NCBI GenBank assembly: GCA_040954595.2 | Contig: CM082581.2 | Location: 2,224,699 to 2,288,698, forward strand | DNA length: 64,000 bases | Origin: Balanoglossus misakiensis | Taxonomy: Eukaryota > Animalia > Hemichordata | Direction of reading: 5' to 3' | Part shown: positions 55,301-64,000 of the stretch, in pieces | How the letters are laid out: every line of letters begins with the position of its first letter | Numbering within the stretch: the stretch's first letter is position 1 | Notes under the pieces: model-generated | Seen by the model: the letters and a program-made list of their open reading frames with translations, nothing else | Database searches by the model: none | What the model was told of the DNA's origin: nothing | Program-made: the position numbers and the translations under genes

Positions 55301-58300
55301 AATAAATGAATAAATATATCCGCATTGATAGAATAAACCTGCAGAAGTCAGGTTGGTATTTACCTTGTTTTGTATGGTCACATCAGCTTTGTGTTCCAAT
55401 AACAATCTGACATGGCCTTCATCACCATCCCTTACTGCATAATGCAAAGGAGTGTCTCCATCCTGTAAGTAATGAAGGAGGAGCATGAGAATAATGTCAC
55501 AAAATTGAAATGTAATGTGAAATTTCCTTAACCAAACAAACAAACAAACAAACAAATAGACAAACACACAATAAAATGAATAAATATATCCGCATTGATA
55601 GAATTAACCTGCAGAAGTCAAGTTGGTATTTACCTTGTTTTGTATGGTCACATCAGCTTTGTGTTCCAATAACAATCTGACATGGCCTTCATCACCATCC
55701 CTTACTGCATAATGCAAAGGAGTGTCTCCATCCTGTAAGTAATGAAGGAGGAGCATGAGAATAATGTCACAAAAATTGAAATATAATGTGAAATTTCCTT
55801 AAACAAAAAAAAACAAAAAAATATTTCAATACTTTCAGAATTAACCTATAGAAGTCAGGTTGGTATTTACCTTGTTTTGTATGTTAGCATCAGCTTTGTG
55901 TTCCAATAACAATCTGACACGGCCTTCATCACGAAACCTTGCTGCATAATGCAAAAGGGTGTCTCCATCCTGTAAGTAATGAAGGAGGAGCATGAGAATA
56001 ATGTCACAAAAATTGAAATCTAATGTGAAATTTCCTTAAACAAACAAACAAACAAATAAATGAATAAATATATCCGCATTGATAGAATTAACCTGCAGAA
56101 GTCAAGTTGGTATTTACCTCGTTTTGTATGGTCACATCAGCTTTGTGTTCCAATAACAATCTGACAAGGCCTTCACCACCATCCCTCCTTGCTGCATCAT
56201 GCAGAGGAGTGTCTCCATCCTGTAAGTAATGAAGGGGGAGCATGAGAATAATGTTACAAAAATTGAAATCTAATGTGAAATTTCCTTAAACAAACAAACA
56301 AACAAACAAACAAATAAATGAATAAATATATCCGCATCAATAGAATAAACCTGCAGAAGTCAGGTTGGTATTTACCTTGTTTCGTATGTTAGCATCAGCT
56401 TTGTGTTCCAATAACAATCTGACAAGGGCTTCACCATCATCCCTCCTTGCTGCATCATGCAAAGGGGTGTCTCCATCCTGTAAGTAATGAAGGAGGAGCA
56501 TGAGAATAATGTCACAAAAATTGAAATCTAATGTGAAATTTTCTTAAACAAACAAACAAACAAATAAATGAATAAATATATCCGCATTGATAGAATAAAC
56601 CTGCAGAAGTCATATTGGTATTTACCTTGTTTTGTATGGTCACATCAGCTTTGTGTTCCAATAACAATCTGACAAGGCCTTCACCACCATCCCTCCTTGC
56701 TGCATAATGCAAAGGGGTGTCTCCTGTCTGTAAGTAATGAAGGAGGAGCATGAGAATAATGTCACAAAATTGAAATGTAATGTGAAATTTCCTTAACCAA
56801 ACAAACAAACAAATAAATGAATAAATATATCCGCAGTGATAGAATAAACCTGCTGAAGTCAGGTTGGTATTTACCTTGTTTTGTATGTTAGCATCAGCTT
56901 TGTGTTCCAATAACAATCTGACAAGGCATTCACCACCAACCCTCCTTGCTGCATAATGCAAAGGAGTGTCTCCATCCTGTAAGTAATGAAGGAGGAGCAT
57001 GACAATAATGTCACAAAAATTGAAATATTATGTGAAATTTCCATAAACAAACAAACAAACAAATAAATGAATAAATATATCCGCATTGATAGAATAAACC
57101 TGCAGAAGTCATGTTGGTATTTACCTTGTTTTGTATGGTCACATCAGCTTTGTGTTCCAATAACAATCTGACATGGCCTTCATCACCATCCCTTACTGCA
57201 TAACGCAAAGGAGTGTGTCCATCCTGTAAGTAATGAAGGAGGAGCATGAGAATAATGTCACAAAAATTGAAATATAATGTGAAATTTCCTTAAACAAAAA
57301 AAAACAAAAAAATATTTCAATACTTTCAGAATTAACCATAGAAGTCAGGTTGGTATTTACCTTGTTTTGTATGTTAGCATCAGCTTTGTGTTCCAATAAC
57401 AATCTGACACGGCCTTCATCACGAAACCTTGCTGCATAATGCAAAAGGGTGTCTCCATCCTGTAAGTAATGAAGGAGGAGCATGAGAATAATGTCACAAA
57501 AATTGAAATCTAATGCGAAATTTCCTTAAACAAACAAACAAATAAATGAATAAATATATCCGCATTGATAGAATTAACCTGCAGAAGTCAGGTTGGTCTT
57601 TACCTTGTTTTGTATGTTAGCATCAGCTTTGTGTTCCAATAACAATCTGACAAGGCCTTTGCCAACCCTCCTTGCTGCATAATGCAAAGGAGTGTCTCCA
57701 TCCTGTAAGTAATGAAGGAGGAGCATGAGAATAATGTCACAAAATTGAAATATAATGTGAAATTTCTGTAAACGAACAAACAAACAAAAAAATGAATAAA
57801 TATATCTGCACTGATAGAATAAACCTGCAGCAGTCAGGTTGGTATTTACCTTGTTTTGTATGTAAACATCAGCTTTGTGTTCCAATAACAATCTGACATG
57901 GCCTTCATCACCATCCCTTGCTGCATAATGCAAAGGAGTGTCTCCATCCTGTAAGTAATAAAGGAGGAGCATGAGAATAATGTCACAAAAATTGTAATAT
58001 AATGTGAAATTTCCTTAAACAAAAAAAAACAAAAAAATATTTCAATACTTTCAGAATTAACCTGCAGAAGTCAGGTTGGTATTTACCTTGTTTTGTATGT
58101 TAGCATCAGCTTTGTGTTCCAATAACAATCTGACAAAGCCTTCACCACCATCCCTCCTTGCTACATCATGCGAAGGAGTGTCTCCATCCTGTAAGTAATG
58201 AAGGAGGAGCATGAGAATAATGTCACAAAAATTGAAATCTAATGTGAAATTTCCTTAAACAAACAAACAAACAAATAAATGAATAATTAAAGCTGCAAGC

Positions 58301-61300
58301 AGCGTTGGCGGGGCACAAGCGGTTCCCATGGTAACCAGCAAATGCCAAGACTGTATCTGTTGTGGATACCAAGATATCGGAAAGTATGTCAAAGGTCACC
58401 TGAGGTCACCCCAAATTTGGGCAAAAAAATCTGACCCCATACTAGTCCAGGTCCAACAAAAACCAGACCCCTAGCTTTATTGGTTCGCCTAGAATTAGGT
58501 ATGCGCATAATTAATGAGGTATTTTGTAAGACTCCATATGTGTTCCATCGGCCCCCCCCAAAAGCCAGGACTCTAACTGCTGTGGATGCTGAGATATGGG
58601 AAAGTAGATCAAAGGTCATCCAAGGTCACCCAAAATTTGGGCATAAAATTTTGACCCCAGGGTGGGCCATGTCCAACTTAAACCAGACCTCTAGCCCTAT
58701 TGGTTAGCCTGGAATTAGATATGCAGAAAAATAATGTTTCAGAAATAGGTCAAGGGTCATTGCCAAAATTACCAAAATATTTGTGTCATATCCTGGCAGC
58801 ATTGGTACCCATGTCCACAAAATTCATGACTGTGGTGCTTTGACAAGAGGAGGTATGGGGAATATGCATATATAATTAGTTGTTTTAAAACTGGGTCAAA
58901 GGTCATGTGAAAATTGCCCTGAAAAATGGTGACAACTTCCGGTCATATGATGACTCATATCCAAAAAAAGAATTTCCATGCTGTCAACATTTTGGCTACA
59001 AAACGGAATTATCACTTTTCAATGGTTTTCCGAAAATCCAACATGGCCGCCATAATGATCGACCAATCACAGTGCGCTTCGCAAACTTGATAGACATAGG
59101 TTAGGTGACCACATTCCCTGAATCCCGTGACTCGGCAATCGCTGGTTCTGGAGAAGAAGATTTTTAAAGTTTTAAGTAGTTTTTCAGAAAAACAATTGTA
59201 GCAAAAAAACTTTATATGTGACGTCATGATTTCAATGGGGTAAAATGATGGACAGAAGGTAGGCTACCTGCACACCAAATTTGAACTCGATCGGCCCAGC
59301 AGTTTTTGAGAAGGACTCGTTTAACGATTTTCAGGAAATCCAATATGGCCGCCAGGTCACGTGACTAATTAAATATTCACGAGCCACTGCACGTCTACTC
59401 ATTGGCCCCTATTACCCTACCAAGTTTCAGCCCCCTAGGTGCAGCGGTTTTCCAGATCTACCTGGCCGAATTTCTCGGAAGAAGAAGAATAATAAAGAAG
59501 AAATATTCTAACAATACCAATAGGGGCACAAGCCCGATAGGCTTGTGCCCCTAAATATATCCACAGTGATAGAATAAACCTGCTGAAGTCAGGTTGGTAT
59601 TTACCTTGTTTTGTATGTTAGCATCAGCTTTGTGTTCCAATAACAATCTGACAAGGCATTCACCACCAACCCTCCTTGCTGCATAATGCAAAGGAGTGTC
59701 TCCATCCTGTAAGTAATGAAGGAGGAGCATGACAATAATGTCACAAAAATTGAAATATTATGTGAAATTTCCATAAACAAACAAACAAACAAATAAATGA
59801 ATAAATATATCCGCATTGATAGAATAAACCTGCAGAAGTCAGGTTGGTATTTACCTTGTTTTGTATGGTCACATCAGGTTTGTGTTCCAATAACAATCTG
59901 ACATGGCCTTCATCACCATCCCTTACTGCATAATGCAAAGGAGTGTCTCCATCCTGTAAGTAATGAAGGAGGAGCATGAGAATAATGTCACAAAAATTGA
60001 AATATAATGTGAAATTTCCTTAAACAAAAAAAAACAAAAAAATATTTCAATACTTTCAGAATTAACCTGCAGAAGTCAGGTTGGTATTTACCTTGTTTTG
60101 TATGTTAGCATCAGCTTTGTGTTCCAATAACAATCTGACAAGGCCTTCACCACCATCCCTCCTTGCTGCATCATGCGAAGGAGTGTCTCCATCCTGTAAG
60201 TAATGAAGGAGGAGCATGAGAATAATGTCACAAAATTGAAATATAATGTGAAATTTCTGTAAACGAACAAACAAACAAAAAAATGAATAAATATATCTGC
60301 ACTGATAGAATAAACCTGCAGCAGTCAGGTTGGTATTTACCTTGTTTTGTATGTAAACATCAGCTTTGTGTTCCAATAACAATCTGACATGGCCTTCATC
60401 ACCACCCCTTGCTGCATAATGCAAAGGAGTGTCTCCATCCTGTAAGTAATAAAGGAGGAGCATGAGAATAATGTCACAAAAATTGTAATATAATGTGAAA
60501 TTTCCTTAAACAAAAAAAAACAAAATTAAAGCTGCGAGCAGCATTGTCGGGCCCAAGCGCTGATCTTGAATTATATATGCACAGTATGAATGAGAAGAAA
60601 CAGAATTTTCTATCAGATGTATTATCTCATGACATAACGAGGATGTGTGTATTTTTGCTGCTGAAATAGGGTGAAGTAGGTCAAAGGTCACCTGAGGTCA
60701 CCCAACATTTGGGCAATTTTTTTTCACCCATACTGGTCCATGTCCAACAAAAACCAAAACTCTAGCTCTATTGGTTCGCCTGTAATTAGGTATGTGCATA
60801 TTTAATGAGGTCAGCAGGTGTCACAGGTGACCCAAAAATGTGGCTTTACATTTTGGTCCCATCCTACCAAATGCCATGGCTTTATCTGCTCTGGATGCTG
60901 AGATATGCGAAAGTAGGTCAAAGGTCACCAGAGGTCACCCAACATTTGGGCAAAAAATTTTGATCCCATACTGGTCCATGTCCAACAAAAACCAAACCTC
61001 TAACTCTATTGGTTCGCCTGTAATTAGCTATGCACATAATTAATGAGGTCAGCAGAGGTCAAAGGGGTCATGAAAAGTAGCAAAATATTTTGATCACACA
61101 CTAATCCACATTCATCAAAAACCAAACGTCTAGCCCTATAGGTTAGCCTGGAATTAGATATGCAGAAATAATAACGCGTGATAAGTAGGTCAAAGGTCAT
61201 GTGAAAAATCGCCAAAAAATTGTAACATATTTTAGTCACATGACGATTGATATCCATAAAAAGAATTTGTATGCTATCAATTTTTAGACTAGAAAAAGGA

Positions 61301-63903
61301 ATTTCAATTTTTCACTGCTTTTTACAAAATCCAATATGGCCGCCATAATCTTCGACCAATCACAATGTTCTTTGCAAACTTGATAGACATCAGTGTAGTG
61401 TCCATACTCCCCGAATCTTGCGACTCAGTCATCTCCCGTTCTGGAGAAGAAGATTTTTGGAGTTTAACTATGGTTTTTCGAAAATCCAATATGGCCGCCA
61501 TAATCTTCGACCAATCACAATGATCTTCGCAAACTTGATAGACATCAGTTAGGTGACCACATACCTCAAACCCTGTGTCTTGGTTATCACCGGTTCTGGA
61601 GAAGAAGATTTTTGAAATTTAAGCCAGATTTCAGAAAAAAAATTGTAGCAAAAAAACTGCAACATTGACAGCAAAATTTCCAATTACAAAAATGATGGGT
61701 AGAAGGTAGTCTACCTGCATGCCAAATATGAAGTCGATCTGACTTGTAGTTTCTGAGATCTGAGATTTGCATTTTTTCAGAAAATCCAATATGGCCGCCA
61801 GGTCACGTGACTAATTAAGTATTCACAAGTCACTGCACATCTACTCATTGACCTTGACCACTGTAGCAAGTTTGAGAAGTGTACCTGCAGCGGTGTCTGA
61901 GATCTCGTTGCCCAAAGAATTGACACAAGAATAAAGAAAGACGGAAAGAAAGAAAAATTCCAACGAAACCAATAGGGCCCAAGCGCTTGCGTGCGCTTGG
62001 GCCCTAAAAATATTTCAATACTTTCAGAATTAACCTGCAGAAGTCAGGTTGGTATTTACCTTGTTTTGTATGTTAGCATCAGCTTTGTGTTCCAATAACA
62101 ATCTGACAAAGCCTTCACCACCATCCCTCCTTGCTACATCATGCGAAGGAGTGTCTCCATCCTGTAAGTAATGAAGGAGGAGCATGAGAATAATGTCACA
62201 AAAATTGAAATCTAATGTGAAATTTCCTTAAACAAACAAACAAACAAATAAATGAATAAATATATCCACAGTGATAGAATAAACCTGCTGAAGTCAGGTT
62301 GGTATTTACCTTGTTTTGTATGTTAGCATCAGCTTTGTGTTCCAATAACAATCTGACAAGGCATTCACCACCAACCCTCCTTGCTGCATAATGCAAAGGA
62401 GTGTCTCCATCCTGTAAGTAATGAAGGAGGAGCATGAGAATAATGTCACAAAAATTGAAATATTATGTGAAATTTCCATAAACAAACAAACAAACAAATA
62501 AATGAATAAATATATCCGCATTGATAGAATAAACCTGCAGAAGTCAGGTTGGTATTTACCTTGTTTTGTATGGTCACATCAGGTTTGTGTTCCAATAACA
62601 ATCTGACATGGCCTTCATCACCATCCCTTACTGCATAATGCAAAGGAGTGTCTCCATCCTGTAAGTAATGAAGGAGGAGCATGAGAATAATGTCACAAAA
62701 ATTGAAATATAATGTGAAATTTCCTTAAACAAAAAAAAACAAAAAAATATTTCAATACTTTCAGAATTAACCTGCAGAAGTCAGGTTGGTATTTACCTTG
62801 TTTTGTATGTTAGCATCAGCTTTGTGTTCCAATAACAATCTGACAAGGCCTTCACCACCATCCCTCCTTGCTGCATCATGCGAAGGAGTGTCTCCATCCT
62901 GTAAGTAATGAAGGAGGAGCATGAGAATAATGTCACAAAAATTGAAATCTAATGTGAAATTTCCTTAAACAAACAAACAAACAAATAAATGAATAAATAT
63001 ATCCGCAGTGATAGAATAAGCCTGCTGAAGTCAGGTTGGTATTTACCTTGTTTTGTATGGTCACATCAGCTTTGTGTTCCAATAACAATCTGACATGGCC
63101 TTCATCACCATCCCTTACTGCATAATGCAAAGGAGTGTCTCCATCCTGTAAGTAATGAAGGAGGAGCATGAGAATAATGTCACAAAATTGAAATGTAATG
63201 TGAAATTTCCTTAACCAAACAAACAAACAAACAAACAAATAGACAAACACACAATAAAATGAATAAATATATCCGCATTGATAGAATTAACCTGCAGAAG
63301 TCAAGTTGGTATTTACCTTGTTTTGTATGGTCACATCAGCTTTGTGTTCCAATAACAATCTGACATGGCCTTCATCACCATCCCTTACTGCATAATGCAA
63401 AGGAGTGTCTCCATCCTGTAAGTAATGAAGGAGGAGCATGAGAATAATGTCACAAAAATTGAAATATAATGTGAAATTTCCTTAAACAAAAAAAAACAAA
63501 AAAATATTTCAATACTTTCAGAATTAACCTATAGAAGTCAGGTTGGTATTTACCTTGTTTTGTATGTTAGCATCAGCTTTGTGTTCCAATAACAATCTGA
63601 CACGGCCTTCATCACGAAACCTTGCTGCATAATGCAAAAGGGTGTCTCCATCCTGTAAGTAATGAAGGAGGAGCATGAGAATAATGTCACAAAAATTGAA
63701 ATCTAATGTGAAATTTCCTTAAACAAACAAACAAACAAATAAATGAATAAATATATCCGCATTGATAGAATTAACCTGCAGAAGTCAAGTTGGCATTTAC
63801 CTCGTTTTGTATGGTCACATCAGCTTTGTGTTCCAATAACAATCTGACAAGGCCTTCACCACCATCCCTCCTTGCTGCATCATGCAAAGGAGTGTCTCCA
63901 TCC
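37345..63903 (-). CDS. Ankyrin-array / Roc / COR / death-domain protein (DAPK1-like Roco); 5' end beyond window; two in-frame TGA codons, so pseudogene, null allele or readthrough
   Basis: At least 45 ankyrin exons, then exons 48953-48843 (cap repeat), 48034-47975, 47253-47125 (P-loop GYGGNGKTT), 46682-46398 (WDFAGQTEYY), 46091-45965 (LIGSKAD), 45603-45455, 43066-42887 (YLHYLGE) and 38604-37345 (LDPQWLC, YVIPELL, YYGRRF, WKNG; death-like DYRAMADLMG..SPTQHALSVW). All splice phases are compatible. Confidence 0.9.
38997..42259 (+). mobile_element. 5'-truncated LINE (APE + RT; RTEX/L2-group-like), antisense in the last intron of the Roco gene, with stops and frameshifts
   Basis: ORF1 tail LFVSRLNP..YASF; APE SFNCRS, LQEHWL, GRPYGG, WIDH, SDH; RT YRPIAL, FLDASKAFD, GVRQGGVLSP, YADD; AATAAA and (TTA)n tail; possible TSD TTAAG. 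Confidence 0.93.
42599..42811. mobile_element. Tc1/mariner-pogo type MITE
   Basis: TA-CTGTAAAACAGGTT...AACCTGTTTTACAG-TA. Confidence 0.85.
43907..44615 (-). mobile_element. ~700-bp MITE, copy 2 (inverse of 19976-20673)
   Basis: High identity along the whole length; the spurious ORFs 20085..20369 and 44043..44495 are near-identical. Confidence 0.88.
44694..45309. mobile_element. Tc1/mariner-pogo type MITE, GC-rich with poly-G tracts
   Basis: TA-CCGTAGTTTGCCGGGTAAGAGCCCC...GGGGCTCTTTCCCGGCAAACTACGG-TA. Confidence 0.88.
48242..48416. repeat. Long near-perfect palindrome with a 29-bp internal duplication (Crypton-like non-autonomous element, probably starting ~48075)
   Basis: AGCAATAAAACACCCCCAGCCATGGTATACCACTCGATTTTGACCAGTTCACGACATATACGCA is inverted at ~48353-48416. 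Confidence 0.8.
58286..59553. mobile_element. Non-autonomous Helentron/Helitron2-like insertion in an ankyrin-array intron
   Basis: Starts ATTAAAGCTGCAAGCAGCG..GGGCACAAGC and ends in hairpin GGGGCACAAGC-ccgatag-GCTTGTGCCCC. No TSD; inserted in AA/TT. The empty site is visible in the paralogous intron at ~62250-62270. Confidence 0.85.
60525..62006. mobile_element. Second, divergent Helentron/Helitron2-like insertion in an ankyrin-array intron
   Basis: Starts ATTAAAGCTGCGAGCAGC..GGGCCCAAGCGC and ends TAGGGCCCAAGCGC-ttgcgt-GCGCTTGGGCCCTA. Inserted in an A-run without TSD; empty site at ~58030. Confidence 0.85.
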
Positions 63904-64000
63904 TGTAAGTAATGAAGGAGGAGCATGAGAATAATGTTACAAAAATTGAAATCTAATGTGAAATTTCCTTAAACAAACAAACAAACAAACAAATAAATGA

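Larger units (their letters stand above)
50040..64000 (-). repeat. Tandem exon+intron array: 45 complete ~236-270-bp units, each with a 99- or 102-nt phase-0 ankyrin exon; continues past window end
   Basis: Each unit reads TTACAG|DGDTPLHxAA-variable-VRLLLEHKADxxIQNK|GTAAAT (e.g. 50306-50205). Introns are near-identical, in two main types: (TTTG)n-containing or poly-T. Confidence 0.97.

Noticed and set aside
50103-63250. Many short ORFs (MLLLHYLQDGDTP..., MRIYLFIY...) as separate genes
   Set aside because: They are single ankyrin exons plus flanking intron, or off-frame readings of the same unit.
37345-63903. Assigning the symbol DAPK1
   Set aside because: No kinase domain in the window and the ankyrin array is unlike DAPK1; likely a lineage-specific Roco paralogue.
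12724-64000. RAG-like recombinase plus ankyrin cassettes as a V(D)J-like system
   Set aside because: The transposase is multiply disrupted and lies over 30 kb from the array among unrelated transposons. I saw no heptamer/nonamer-like signal pairs flanking the exons. Proximity alone is not evidence.

Overview
AT-rich, intron-containing animal DNA, probably a marine invertebrate (inferred from repeat and gene style). It is not prokaryotic and has no CRISPR, rRNA or tRNA. The left half (1-36.7 kb) is a stack of DNA transposons: an IS3EU-type element carrying a spliced DDE transposase, a convergent HECT E3 ligase and a 12-copy palindromic subterminal array; a Kolobok relic; a decayed transposase with RAG1/Transib-like catalytic motifs; a multi-exon Kolobok transposase with a complete Sola2 element in one intron; MITEs; and a Helentron-like element. 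The right half (37.3 kb to beyond 64 kb) is one minus-strand gene encoding ankyrin array - Roc GTPase - COR - death domain (a DAPK-like Roco protein). Its ankyrin region is a tandem array of at least 45 near-identical ~245-bp units, each one phase-0 exon (one ankyrin repeat) plus one intron. Variation clusters in the helix1-turn-helix2 segment and units form higher-order blocks, so this is a candidate diversifying innate-immune receptor. Two in-frame TGA-C stops sit at the ankyrin/Roc and COR/death boundaries. Coordinates were read by eye and may be off by a few bases.
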